The notes beneath the pieces are model-generated. The model saw nothing but the letters and a program-made list of their open reading frames with translations. It had not been told where the DNA came from and ran no database searches. A program made the translations under genes and the position numbers. A DNA stretch of 64,000 nt, taken from the IMG/VR virus record IMGVR_UViG_3300025767_000004; one strand, given 5' to 3'. Positions 19,181-29,210 of this stretch are shown here, piece after piece. The first letter of the stretch is position 1; every line of letters starts with the position of its first letter. Source of the DNA: an uncultured virus (IMG/VR IMGVR_UViG_3300025767_000004) (Duplodnaviria > Heunggongvirae > Uroviricota > Caudoviricetes).

Positions 19181-19454
19181 AAATCGACGAAGTCGTAACC
19201 GGCGCATGAAAGATGGAACAAAGTTAATTTAAGACCTTTAATCGGGTCTTTTTTTATACGTATAACTTAAGACAACCTCAACAAATCGACGCAGTCGTAA
19301 CCGGCGCATGAAAGATGGAACAAAGTTAATTTAGGGTTTCCCCGAGAGAATGTACAATTAATTAACCTTTCTTCATTAACCATCTAAAATCACCTGACCC
19401 AACAATTCGACGGAGTCGTTTCCGGAGTATGAAAGATGGTACAAAGTTAATTTA
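19181..19454. repeat. Three 51-bp intergenic direct repeats with unique spacers
   Basis: AAATCGACGNAGTCGTAACCGGCGCATGAAAGATGGAACAAAGTTAATTTA at 19181, 19283 and (diverged) 19404. Confidence 0.9.
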
Positions 19455-19576
19455 AGTCTTCTTTCTTATATCTCTTAAAAGTATTCTAAAATACATCAGT
19501 AATTCGTTAACCCACTCCCATTCGGTCGTGGCAAACACGATTTACTGATTTACTTAAAATGGATAGGAGTGATATC

Positions 19577-20308
19577 TTATGAAGAAGTTCTAAGGGGTAG
19601 TGCTAGTATTTCCTCTATGAGAGGTATAATACGTTTAGCTACTGAGGGGAGTAAGTTTAATGAGATTTCACTTTCGGAATGTGTATAATTATCGATGTTT
19701 TCAACATCAACAGACATGGGACACATTTCAATTAGTTCCTTCTGATACTCCATAATAGAGTTTATAAGTTCCTGTGGTCGAGTTTCGTCCTCTAAGTATT
19801 CTGTGATAGTGTACCTAATATGACTGAAGTGTTTCTCTAAGAGGTATTCTGCCATATCATTCGGGGTGTAGTTAGGACTTATGACGTTTTTAACTACATA
19901 CTCTTCATCTATGTCTAAACCATAATCCTTATCTATGATGTTTTCATTCATATATATCTTACGGAATATTACATATTCTAATAGGAATATATTAGGAACA
20001 TCTTCTATGGGATTATCTGTGAGTATTTCATTAATGAGAGTAAAGAATAGAAAACGAACATCATTAGTGACTTTCCCTTCTATTAGTCTTATGAACTCTA
20101 AGTCATATTCATCAGAGATATTATAACTAACAAATTTGTCACTACAGTTAATAAGGTCTTCTCTTAATGTAAGAATATCTTGTATATAATCTTCTTTGTT
20201 CTTATATTTGGTAATAATACTTTGGATACTTTCTTTAATGGGTTGAAGGTATCTTTTATTCCATATAGTGTTAAGAAATACTCTGTACTGTTGAGTATGT
20301 ATTTTCAT
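19577..20308 (-). CDS. Hypothetical protein
   Basis: 243-aa ORF. Confidence 0.65.
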   Translation of the reverse strand: MKIHTQQYRVFLNTIWNKRYLQPIKESIQSIITKYKNKEDYIQDILTLREDLINCSDKFVSYNISDEYDLEFIRLIEGKVTNDVRFLFFTLINEILTDNPIEDVPNIFLLEYVIFRKIYMNENIIDKDYGLDIDEEYVVKNVISPNYTPNDMAEYLLEKHFSHIRYTITEYLEDETRPQELINSIMEYQKELIEMCPMSVDVENIDNYTHSESEISLNLLPSVAKRIIPLIEEILALPLRTSS

Positions 20309-20432
20309 TGTATTAATATTAAGAAAGATTATTATAGTTTTACTTAAAAAGTAAACAAAGGTCCGCGGCCTGTAGTGATAAAATAATTATAAAAAAATAA
20401 AAGTGTAGTGATAAAAAAACATAGGGATAATC

Positions 20433-20648
20433 GTGGGGATTAGATATGATAAAATAATGAATGATAAACTGAGAAGGAGATACTGTATAGTGGAGAACAC
20501 GGTTAGAGATAAAAAAAACTTTGTAGTGCAATACAAACATTATGTCTTAGGGTTTTTTCCTATATGGGTGGATATACTGATGCATGACACATTAGAGGAA
20601 TCCATAAAATCAATAGACTTATTAATTTCTTTAAAAGTTAGTGAATAA
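20433..20648 (+). CDS. Hypothetical protein
   Basis: 71-aa ORF; the true start may be a later ATG. Confidence 0.5.
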   Translation: MGIRYDKIMNDKLRRRYCIVENTVRDKKNFVVQYKHYVLGFFPIWVDILMHDTLEESIKSIDLLISLKVSE

Positions 20649-20722
20649 TATTTTCTTTTTTAGAAATTTATGTTTATACTTCTAATAGAATAAGAATCCA
20701 TATAGGGATTAAATAGAATAAT

Positions 20723-21109
20723 ATGTCAGAGACAAAACAAACACAGAACAATAGACCATCTACTCCTCGTAACGGTAGAAACAATAATGGAGGTAAGAAG
20801 AGGTATTATAAGAAAAAGAAACCTACTACTAACAATAATAGTAGGCCAACACAGGAGACCCCTAAAGAGATTAAAATGCCAAAGGTAAGGTCTTATAAAC
20901 CTAACCATAAAAAACCTGTTACGTTCGGGGAGATTCAGTATAGTGATAAGATTACTATGTTATTAGGGGGAGTTACTTTACTAGCCTCTTTAATAATGTG
21001 GTTTATGGGTAAGACTGAGGAAGCCATTTACTTAGGTATATGGGTACCGGGTGTATTCGCGGCTAGTTCTTTCATTAGACTTTCATATACTCGTGCGAAG
21101 CGTAAATAA
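20723..21109 (+). CDS. Membrane protein with basic disordered N-terminus
   Basis: K/R/N-rich N-terminus, two TM helices, AIYLGIWVP. Confidence 0.7.
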   Translation: MSETKQTQNNRPSTPRNGRNNNGGKKRYYKKKKPTTNNNSRPTQETPKEIKMPKVRSYKPNHKKPVTFGEIQYSDKITMLLGGVTLLASLIMWFMGKTEEAIYLGIWVPGVFAASSFIRLSYTRAKRK

Positions 21110-21112
21110 GCA

Positions 21113-21424
21113 ATGGATAATTATATAGTACTTTACGGATTATTAGTATTGGTGGTGTTTATAAAGACATCATGGATAGAATACTTACTTATGAGTAAGA
21201 ACCCATCTAAATATAGGAAAGGGTTTATAGATAATACTGCCCGTAGAGAAACTGTATTTGAGATAATTCATAAACTATATACTCACCCTAAGTTAATCAA
21301 CAAAAATAATAAGAACTCAGTGTCTAATAACATGGACGATATACGTCAGGTTATTAAGGAGTATCTAAAAGATTGTGAACACAATGATGAGAACACCAAA
21401 GATAGACAAAGTAAAGGTAGGTGA
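21113..21424 (+). CDS. Membrane-anchored hypothetical protein
   Basis: N-terminal TM helix. Confidence 0.55.
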   Translation: MDNYIVLYGLLVLVVFIKTSWIEYLLMSKNPSKYRKGFIDNTARRETVFEIIHKLYTHPKLINKNNKNSVSNNMDDIRQVIKEYLKDCEHNDENTKDRQSKGR

Positions 21425-22010
21425 TTATTATGTATACACTACCGAAATAGAATACATAAAGAACTTAGACCAGGAAACATTAATAGATGAGGTTTGGTCT
21501 AACGATTTTTTAGGTTCAAACTATAACGATGAAGGGGAATTGGAGGACCAAGGACCTGGGGTTCATTATAGTATCGATGTTAATAATGGTGAATTACCAC
21601 ATTTCTTTGTCGATGCTCATTCTTTCGCTACCAACTTTGCTAGTTCACTTAGAGCTTTAAGGGGTGAGAATACTGAAATATTAAATGAGTCTGCTTGGAT
21701 TATCGCAGCCCAAGATGAGCATACACCTTATTGGCATACTCATAGACGAAACATTGCAGACCCTAGACTTAGTGATGATGATGAACAGGTAGATTCTACA
21801 TACTCATATTCCTTTTATTTGAATACACCTGAATGTGGTTCACCATTCTCTGATTTATTATTCGCACATAAAGATGATGTATTCTCTATGCCGATTACAA
21901 CGGGTAAGTTATGTTTATTTGATGGTGACATTTTTCATAAACCACAATTGGTCCCTAAAGAGTTTGGATGGAGGTACTGTATTGCAGGTGATATTCTCTA
22001 TAAAGATTAG
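21384..22010 (+). CDS. Putative 2OG-Fe(II) oxygenase-like protein
   Basis: WHTH, FYL, FDGDIFHKP, RYCIAGD. Confidence 0.6.
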   Translation: MMRTPKIDKVKVGDYYVYTTEIEYIKNLDQETLIDEVWSNDFLGSNYNDEGELEDQGPGVHYSIDVNNGELPHFFVDAHSFATNFASSLRALRGENTEILNESAWIIAAQDEHTPYWHTHRRNIADPRLSDDDEQVDSTYSYSFYLNTPECGSPFSDLLFAHKDDVFSMPITTGKLCLFDGDIFHKPQLVPKEFGWRYCIAGDILYKD

Positions 22011-22053
22011 TGAATTTTTCACTACTTATAGTACGAATTATTAAACTATTATT

Positions 22054-22398
22054 ATGAAAAATCTTATATGGGGACTTGTAATGTTCACAGTAGCACAAAC
22101 TTTAATATGGATTCAAACTAATGGTCAGTTTGTATGGCCGTGGTTTAAGAAAAACCCATTAATTATCTCCATATTAGGAGGTACAGTAATATCTTATGTT
22201 TTTATAAAGGGGACTGCTTTGGTTGCTGAGTATTTTGACGGTCAATTATGGCCGGGTAGATTCTTAGGTCAGGCCAGTGGTATTGTCGTTTTTACTGTTC
22301 TAACATTCGCATTATTAAACGAAGGTATTAATACTAAGACAGGTGTGTCATTAATGTTAGCAATCATCTTACTGTTGATTCAAATTTTTTGGAAATAG
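22054..22398 (+). CDS. Small 4-TM membrane protein (DMT/SMR-like)
   Basis: Four hydrophobic helices, LLNEG before the last. Confidence 0.6.
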   Translation: MKNLIWGLVMFTVAQTLIWIQTNGQFVWPWFKKNPLIISILGGTVISYVFIKGTALVAEYFDGQLWPGRFLGQASGIVVFTVLTFALLNEGINTKTGVSLMLAIILLLIQIFWK

Positions 22399-23094
22399 AT
22401 GAAGATAGCTATAGTATCTTTTTATTATTACAACAACAATTACTGGTGTAATCGAGAGATATTACAATCCTACTGCGATTTACACGGTTATGACTTACAC
22501 TATACAATAGAGAAAGTGGAAAGTGAGAATATCCATTCACCGACATACGATGGTATGGTTTATATGAAAAATCTTTTTTCAGAAGGTTATGATTGGGTTT
22601 TTTGGTTGGATGGGGCCGATATTATCATATCAAACCCAAAGTTAAAATTGGAGGATATGATTTCCGATAGACCAATTCAATTTTCAAATGACGTTATAAC
22701 AAATAACCCTGTAAACTTATATGAGTGTAATAGTGGTTTTTGGGGAGTAAGAAACTGTGATATATCAAAAACCTTTTTAAACGATGTTTTAGAGAGTTAT
22801 GACGATAATTACCATAATGGGTGGTCTGAAGAGTTTTGGGGTGACCAAGACGCCCTTAAGGGTATTGGTGAGGGTTATAGTGACCATATAGATACGTCAT
22901 CATTACATCAATCGTATTGGTTCTATAATACCCCTGATTTTTATAATATGGACATTAAATCAATGATAAACTACTTTGGGAATCAAAGTAATAATAGAAA
23001 TGTCTTTAAATTTGGTGATTTTTTAATACATTTTGCAGGAAGAGTCCTCTCACCAAAAGAGATGGAGAATATATATGACAAATTACAACCCTAA
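22399..23094 (+). CDS. GT34 (Mnn10-like) glycosyltransferase
   Basis: YC..HGYD, YDWVFWLDGAD, NSG, DQDAL, GDFLIHFAG. Confidence 0.75.
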   Translation: MKIAIVSFYYYNNNYWCNREILQSYCDLHGYDLHYTIEKVESENIHSPTYDGMVYMKNLFSEGYDWVFWLDGADIIISNPKLKLEDMISDRPIQFSNDVITNNPVNLYECNSGFWGVRNCDISKTFLNDVLESYDDNYHNGWSEEFWGDQDALKGIGEGYSDHIDTSSLHQSYWFYNTPDFYNMDIKSMINYFGNQSNNRNVFKFGDFLIHFAGRVLSPKEMENIYDKLQP

Positions 23095-23857
23095 AATATT
23101 AATATTAAATCCTGATACTTTAATTGGTGAATCCTACTACAACGAAAGTGAATTACATTTTGCCCGTACCGTATTATGTGATGTAACTAAAAAATATTGT
23201 GATAAGTGGGGATATGATTACATCAGAGACACTGAAATCATAGAAAATATTAATGAAGTTAAAGGAAATAATCGTAGTGGGTGGACTCTATCAACGTGTA
23301 ATAAAGTCCTACAGGTTCAAAAACACCTACCGAATTATGATTACGTGTGTGTGATTGATACCTATGACGTTTTAATCACCAATATGAACAAACCACTTAC
23401 CGATTTTATAGACGAAGATTACTCATTTTTTATTGGTGAGGATGTGTACCATCCTGAAACGCCAAAATTTATGGAAAGAATTAATTCAGGTTGGATAATT
23501 TTTAAGAACGATGAAGTGTCTCATATGATACTTAAAAATTATGTAGATTGTCTGTATGAGTTAGATTATGGTTATGATGATTATAATGACCAAAACTTAT
23601 TACTCTGTTCGGTTAACAAATTAACTAACGAACAAAAGTCAAAAATTAACCATGCCGATAAAATTAAACAATCGTATTGGATTTATAACACTCCGAGTGA
23701 ATTTGAAATTGGTAATGGGGATTACAGTAGAATGGAAACCCTAATTAAATCAAAATACCTATGGAAACCTGGTGACTTTATGATTCATATGTGTGGTCAC
23801 ATAAATAGAATGCAACTTTTAGAGAAGTTTTATAATACCATATATGGAACTAATTAA
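23075..23857 (+). CDS. GT34-like glycosyltransferase, tandem paralog
   Basis: YC.KWGYD, YDYVCVID..D, INSG, DQ, QSYW.YNTP, GDFMIHMCG; start moved to ATG 23075. Confidence 0.75.
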   Translation: MTNYNPKILILNPDTLIGESYYNESELHFARTVLCDVTKKYCDKWGYDYIRDTEIIENINEVKGNNRSGWTLSTCNKVLQVQKHLPNYDYVCVIDTYDVLITNMNKPLTDFIDEDYSFFIGEDVYHPETPKFMERINSGWIIFKNDEVSHMILKNYVDCLYELDYGYDDYNDQNLLLCSVNKLTNEQKSKINHADKIKQSYWIYNTPSEFEIGNGDYSRMETLIKSKYLWKPGDFMIHMCGHINRMQLLEKFYNTIYGTN

Positions 23858-24932
23858 ATTATTCGAGGATATGACAACCATAAAAGATGGTAGTGAGAAA
23901 ATTACTTCATTGGATGGTTTTAATTTTAGTTTGTCAGAAGAAAAATATACTACTCCTTCAGAAAAAAGTAATCTTGCGGTGGTTTGGTTCTTATTTGGAG
24001 AGAGAAAAGAGTATGTGTTACTTACTTACTATTCGGTATTATCCTTTTTAAGGAATACCGACCTTAAAGAATTTAATAGGTACATAGTCATACCTAATGA
24101 TTATCAGTTTGAATATCTTTTACCCTTATTTAATCAATTTGGTGTTGAGGTTAGGTATACGTCAAAACCATTTAAGTATATCGATTCTGAATCTGATATT
24201 GTTACTAACCATACTCACGTATTTTCTGTTGATAGTGATTGTTTCTCATACTCAGTAAGTGAACCTAAAAGTTACTTCAATAAATTAAGTTTGTATTTAC
24301 AAAACTTGTCGAAAGTAGGTGTACTTAGTCCATACCTATGTATGAACTTAAATAAGGGTGGTGGATTGATAATGCATCGTTTATATGGTTATTTTATTGC
24401 CCTCACCGAATCTACAGATACGGAACTTAAAAAATACCGAACAGAAGAAGAGGTATCTAAAAAATACTTTGAGTCTTACCACGTAGACGATATAAAAATT
24501 GCATTAACCCCGCTAATTGAAGAGTTTGGAGATAGATTTGATTTGAATGAACTAGTCACAAACTTTATCTCCTCACAATGGCCAGTTAATGAAGTTTTTT
24601 GTGTATCAACAGAAGTATTCAAAGACCATCTGTTGTATAAATTAATTGAAATATCGCAGAAAAATCAAAAATGGTTTTGGGATGATGAAATAATATATAA
24701 GATTTACTTTGCTCTGACTCAACAACATAATCATCATATAATTCCTCTAACAAAAAAACCTGACGATGTGTCTTCATTTATGATTAGACCTCACGGAGTT
24801 CCACCATTAGAGTCAATGAGTGAGGATTATTTATACTTTGTACACCCATATAATGAGATTGGTGGTTGGTGGGACATAAAAGACCTACATAGGGTGTTAT
24901 ATAACGATAAACCCTCCGAAGAGGGCTTATAG
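23844..24932 (+). CDS. Putative GT-A glycosyltransferase
   Basis: YSVLSF, SVDSD (DxD), WDDE. Confidence 0.45.
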   Translation: MELIKLFEDMTTIKDGSEKITSLDGFNFSLSEEKYTTPSEKSNLAVVWFLFGERKEYVLLTYYSVLSFLRNTDLKEFNRYIVIPNDYQFEYLLPLFNQFGVEVRYTSKPFKYIDSESDIVTNHTHVFSVDSDCFSYSVSEPKSYFNKLSLYLQNLSKVGVLSPYLCMNLNKGGGLIMHRLYGYFIALTESTDTELKKYRTEEEVSKKYFESYHVDDIKIALTPLIEEFGDRFDLNELVTNFISSQWPVNEVFCVSTEVFKDHLLYKLIEISQKNQKWFWDDEIIYKIYFALTQQHNHHIIPLTKKPDDVSSFMIRPHGVPPLESMSEDYLYFVHPYNEIGGWWDIKDLHRVLYNDKPSEEGL

Positions 24933-24933
24933 A

Positions 24934-26319
24934 TTACATATTGTCTAATTGGTCGTAAAGGGTATTTATTTTACTTATAATAGTATTTTTCTCTGATTGT
25001 GTTAGAAAGTTCTTTGACTCAACAAACTCTTTAAGGTCAGGTGCGTTAGTGTCATTCTTCAAATATCCCATTGATATATCAATTGACTGTTGGTAGTTTA
25101 ACTTAAATCGGTTAGGGTTATTTAAGTTACCGTTAATTAAATGATTCAATCCAAAGATTACTGATTCGTAAAACATATCATCTCCCGTGATGTATCCCAT
25201 TGTGAATACGTCATCATACATACGTTGACTATTGTCTGAACGAGATACTAAACATTTTAAGATGACTAATGATGCTAAATCTACCTCACCGTAATCTTTA
25301 AGTGCGGTTCCGATGTATTGAGATTCAAATGAGTTACGTTTCCCGTAGTTTGTTAACCAACCTAAGTATAACCATTGAACTTCATTAAGTAATCTATTAT
25401 TAATCTCAGCCCCATTACCCACATTAGAACCATTGTCCTGACTTCTACGAGCGATATTACCGACATCCCATATACCATCACCGATTGAGAAATAAGCTAC
25501 GTTGTAGTTACCTAATTCCTCTCCAAAAGATAAATCACTATTTGGTTTGATTACGTGTTGCATGTATAGTGTTGCCATCCATCTTTGGTAATCGAAAGAA
25601 GTTTCGAAGTCATTAAACCCGTGTTCTCCTGGGTTACGTTCACCTTCAGTCATAGAATGGTGTGATACGTATAATAGTGACTCTAAATTTTGTTTGGTTG
25701 GATTCTCTAAGTAGTCTTCATATTTACCCTGTAAGTCTTTTTCTGTTTGTAAGTCTAACTCAGGTAACCAATCTAAGTTATCATCGTAGAGTGTGTTTGT
25801 TTCATCACCTTTGAACCAACGTGGGAACTCAAAATCGTATGTCACTCCATTACGGAAATCCCAACTATTAATTACTGTTGAGGTAAGTGAAGTACTACCG
25901 TCCCATAGTTGATTCGGTTCAACCCCATTAGAATTATCAATACCTATCATACTAGCTAGTGAACTATTATTATTAGGTGTAACATTTAATGTTTTAAGGT
26001 AAGCTGCGATGTGGTAAGACTCTTCTTTACTGATGTGTGTCATAGCACGAGTAACAACGATAGAATCCTGTTCTTTAATGTTAATCTTACCAAACTGTAC
26101 GATATCAACACCGGTTGGTGAAAGATGACAGTTAACACAAGAACGACCGTTGATGTCTTTAGAGTTGAGGTATATATCCAACCCTAAGTCAGAATCACCA
26201 TACTCGTCCACTGAGTCTGAAATACTTTTGTAAGTGGGTTGTACTGGTTCGATATAGATTTCTTCTTTTTCACAAGAAAAAAGGGATAGTACGATAAGAG
26301 GTAGAAGTAGTTTTTTCAT
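24934..26319 (-). CDS. Lipoprotein with c-type heme-binding motif
   Basis: MKKLLL...LFSC lipobox; SCVNCH (CxxCH); IAAYLKTL helix; host-type promoter upstream. Confidence 0.7.
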   Translation of the reverse strand: MKKLLLPLIVLSLFSCEKEEIYIEPVQPTYKSISDSVDEYGDSDLGLDIYLNSKDINGRSCVNCHLSPTGVDIVQFGKINIKEQDSIVVTRAMTHISKEESYHIAAYLKTLNVTPNNNSSLASMIGIDNSNGVEPNQLWDGSTSLTSTVINSWDFRNGVTYDFEFPRWFKGDETNTLYDDNLDWLPELDLQTEKDLQGKYEDYLENPTKQNLESLLYVSHHSMTEGERNPGEHGFNDFETSFDYQRWMATLYMQHVIKPNSDLSFGEELGNYNVAYFSIGDGIWDVGNIARRSQDNGSNVGNGAEINNRLLNEVQWLYLGWLTNYGKRNSFESQYIGTALKDYGEVDLASLVILKCLVSRSDNSQRMYDDVFTMGYITGDDMFYESVIFGLNHLINGNLNNPNRFKLNYQQSIDISMGYLKNDTNAPDLKEFVESKNFLTQSEKNTIISKINTLYDQLDNM

Positions 26320-26363
26320 AATGTTTTGTTTTTAACACTACAAATATACAACATAACTTTGGA

Positions 26364-27143
26364 TTATAAAAATAACCCTCCGAAAAATTTTCTTAATTCC
26401 ATATCTGTGTTGATTTCGTTTGGTGCTCCACTCTTGTTTGAAACCAAAACATATGCGTCATCGTCATCAGAATATAATTTTATACCATTATCTTTAAGTA
26501 TTTGGTCAGCATACTCTACCGTAGTATTGTCTATTTCAACAGTGACAACTCCTCTACTCACATAGGCATAATCAATTCCCGATTCCTCCATATCTTTTAA
26601 TGTTTCTACATTACGCATAGATTTTAATATGGTATCTAACTTTTCTAATGAAAGGTAAATGTCATAGTCCACTTCTATCGTTAATGGAGACATATAATTA
26701 CCGTCACACACCTCACATGCTGAACTCATACCTTCACATTCAGGACATTCTATATAATCACCTTCTTCATCACTATATATCGTTCCATCACCAGGACAGG
26801 TTTCACATTCCTTTTCCCCTTCTGTACAGTGTGAACACTCTATAGGTTCTTCGGTATCGCTATGTCTTGCAAATAAAAAATACGTTATATTTTCGTTCTC
26901 AATCAAAACCTTATAGGTGTCCTCAAAGTTTTCGTCATAAGTAACCATTGTATGTGCGATTATACAGGAGTTTAAAAGGTCGACCTGTCTTACAGGTTTG
27001 TTACCCATCGCCATCTTGACAAATTTTTTTAATTTGGTATCTTTAGATAAAGAAATATGAAAGTTCAAATTACCTTTTTTGTATTTTGACTTTACATATA
27101 ATAAAACAATTTTAGTTATTTCTTTTAATGTTGACTTATCCAT
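26364..27143 (-). CDS. Hypothetical protein with DnaJ-like Cys-rich Zn finger
   Basis: CSHCTEG, CETCPGDG, CPECEG, CEVCDG; start moved to 27143. Confidence 0.65.
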   Translation of the reverse strand: MDKSTLKEITKIVLLYVKSKYKKGNLNFHISLSKDTKLKKFVKMAMGNKPVRQVDLLNSCIIAHTMVTYDENFEDTYKVLIENENITYFLFARHSDTEEPIECSHCTEGEKECETCPGDGTIYSDEEGDYIECPECEGMSSACEVCDGNYMSPLTIEVDYDIYLSLEKLDTILKSMRNVETLKDMEESGIDYAYVSRGVVTVEIDNTTVEYADQILKDNGIKLYSDDDDAYVLVSNKSGAPNEINTDMELRKFFGGLFL

Positions 27144-27212
27144 ATCGGGTTTGTTATCATAATATAAATATAATGGTTTACGATTTAAAAATAAACGACT
27201 ATACTTAAAAAT

Positions 27213-27371
27213 ATGAGTGAACTTAGTCATATCGCTAAAGATTTGGTTAGTACCGTTTTAAGGTATCCTAATGATATGGAATTAGGTAACTACATAAGAC
27301 AACAAACTTTACTCATTGAGAGACAACATAAAAGAAATAAAGATATACATATTAAAAAAGATATTGAATGA
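27213..27371 (+). CDS. Small hypothetical protein (not in ORF track)
   Basis: MSELSHIAK...YPNDMELGNYIRQ..., stop overlaps next ATG (ATGA). Confidence 0.6.
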   Translation: MSELSHIAKDLVSTVLRYPNDMELGNYIRQQTLLIERQHKRNKDIHIKKDIE

Positions 27372-27988
27372 TTATTATTGACAATTTTGTACAGGATGAA
27401 AAACTCCTTTCAAGAATACGAGAAGAATTAGGTAAAGAGGACTCTGAATTTTGGGGTGACTATGGTAACTACTCTTGGTATGAAGGGTGGTGGAAAAGAG
27501 AACCTGAAACACTAAGAGAAGAACTTATTAAGTATATTTGGGGAGATAACTGTCCATTAAATTATGATTTAGATGTTGAGGGGTTTGAACATTGGACAGG
27601 GTCACAATCAGCAAGTGACGAAAAGAAAGAGGACCATTTAAAACAACATTTCGATAAAGATGAAGACCTTTGGCATGTAACAGGTGAGGTTAAAAGACCG
27701 GTTATTGGTACCGTATACTATCCAATCGAGCACGATATAGATGGAGGACAGTTACAGGTATGGGACACATACGAAGTTGACTTTGAAGCCGAACACGAAT
27801 TAATATCACCAAAACCAAATAGATTAATCATATTTGATGCTGGTAAATTACACAGAGTTAATCAGGTGACTAGAGGAACTAGATACGCAATTGCAATTAA
27901 CTTATGGGATTACCTCCCTGAAACGATTAAGAATATCCAAAGTGATAAGGGAACTTTCTACGAGCAACAGGAAAAAGGATTAATATAA
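27368..27988 (+). CDS. 2OG-Fe(II) oxygenase (prolyl-4-hydroxylase-like)
   Basis: IIIDNF, HFDKDE, GGQL, PKPNRLIIFD, LHRV, RYAIAINLW. Confidence 0.8.
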   Translation: MIIIDNFVQDEKLLSRIREELGKEDSEFWGDYGNYSWYEGWWKREPETLREELIKYIWGDNCPLNYDLDVEGFEHWTGSQSASDEKKEDHLKQHFDKDEDLWHVTGEVKRPVIGTVYYPIEHDIDGGQLQVWDTYEVDFEAEHELISPKPNRLIIFDAGKLHRVNQVTRGTRYAIAINLWDYLPETIKNIQSDKGTFYEQQEKGLI

Positions 27989-27994
27989 AAAGAG

Positions 27995-28021
27995 AAGGGG
28001 GACCTAATGGTCCCCTTTTTT
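27995..28021 (+). terminator. Intrinsic terminator
   Basis: GGGGACC-TAAT-GGTCCCC with T-run. Confidence 0.75.
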
Positions 28022-28245
28022 ATTCTTTTCATTTATTTTTACCTCTACTGAGTCAACTACCTTGGATTCCTCGGTTGTTGAATCTTCATCAAATATGGGT
28101 TCATCCCAATAGAGAAATCTCCATCCATCTTTCTCTTCTCTCATAAAATATTTTGATTAATTAAATTTAATTACTTAATATTAAGTAACCTTAACAACAA
28201 ACTCAAGTTAATGTTGAGGTAAAGATATAAATAATAAGAAATGTA

Positions 28246-28815
28246 ATGTATAAGTACGTAATTGAGATTGTCGGTATCGGTTGCGAAATTTTTTCAGGCG
28301 AGTTAGATTTAAAAGACCTCGAAAAGATTGAATCACTTATTAATGCGACAAAGTTACCACTTAATGAGGTGATTGAAGATTCTGACTTAATTCGTTCTTT
28401 AGATATTGGTGTCGATAACTGGTATGAATTAGATGATATTTGTCACGTTTATGGTTCTTATCATAGAATGAGTCGAGTTAAAGTAATTGGAGAGGACGTT
28501 GAGGTTTTTAACCCATCAAACTTATCTACTTCAGTTGATGATTTCTACTCTTTAGATGAATTCAACTCAATCTATACCATCACACAGGAGAAAGGGATAT
28601 TAGTTAAATCCAATTTAGTGACTAAGGAACCTTTTGATTCAAATAGACTTACATTATTAGTAACTAAAGTTATTAAGAATAATAAAACATTATATGTTAT
28701 TACTGGGTTTACTTATAATGACGAATACCTTAAATTAGAAAGTACACTTACCGAACAAATTAGTGCTTCGACACATTTACGTAACACAACAGTAGATGAC
28801 TGTACATTAATTTAA
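28246..28815 (+). CDS. Hypothetical protein
   Basis: 189-aa ORF. Confidence 0.65.
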   Translation: MYKYVIEIVGIGCEIFSGELDLKDLEKIESLINATKLPLNEVIEDSDLIRSLDIGVDNWYELDDICHVYGSYHRMSRVKVIGEDVEVFNPSNLSTSVDDFYSLDEFNSIYTITQEKGILVKSNLVTKEPFDSNRLTLLVTKVIKNNKTLYVITGFTYNDEYLKLESTLTEQISASTHLRNTTVDDCTLI

Positions 28816-28837
28816 TATTTATATTTAAATTCTTATT

Positions 28838-29161
28838 ATGGTTGAACCTAGAGGATTACATACTCTTCAAGATAATCTATTACTGTCATTTGAAATAAGT
28901 GTTAGTGAAAGTGAACTTAGAGATATGGATTATTTGTATGTAAGTAGATTTTTAAAATCATTAGTGGATGAAGAACTAAACGCCCTTTGGATGTCTTCAA
29001 TAACCGTTAGTTTTGTTTCAGACTTGGATTTAGTATTACACCTTTGTAAATGGGTACTTCCATTTATCGAAGAAAAAGAATGGTATGAGTTATGTTCCGG
29101 GGTATTGACTACAATGAATAACTGTAAGTTATTCTCTAATGAACATCCGGGATTATTATAA
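28838..29161 (+). CDS. Hypothetical protein
   Basis: 107-aa ORF with EWYELC motif. Confidence 0.6.
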   Translation: MVEPRGLHTLQDNLLLSFEISVSESELRDMDYLYVSRFLKSLVDEELNALWMSSITVSFVSDLDLVLHLCKWVLPFIEEKEWYELCSGVLTTMNNCKLFSNEHPGLL

Positions 29162-29164
29162 AAT

Positions 29165-29192
29165 AAAAAAGGGGTCGTGAGACCCCTTTTTT
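29165..29192. terminator. Bidirectional terminator
   Basis: A6-GGGGTC-GTGA-GACCCC-T6. Confidence 0.8.
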
Positions 29193-29210
29193 ATATCTTT
29201 TAGTATGATA

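Noticed and set aside
19181..19454. CRISPR array
   Set aside because: Only three units, 51-bp repeat, unequal 51/70-bp spacers (one is a terminator), no cas genes; kept as an unexplained repeat
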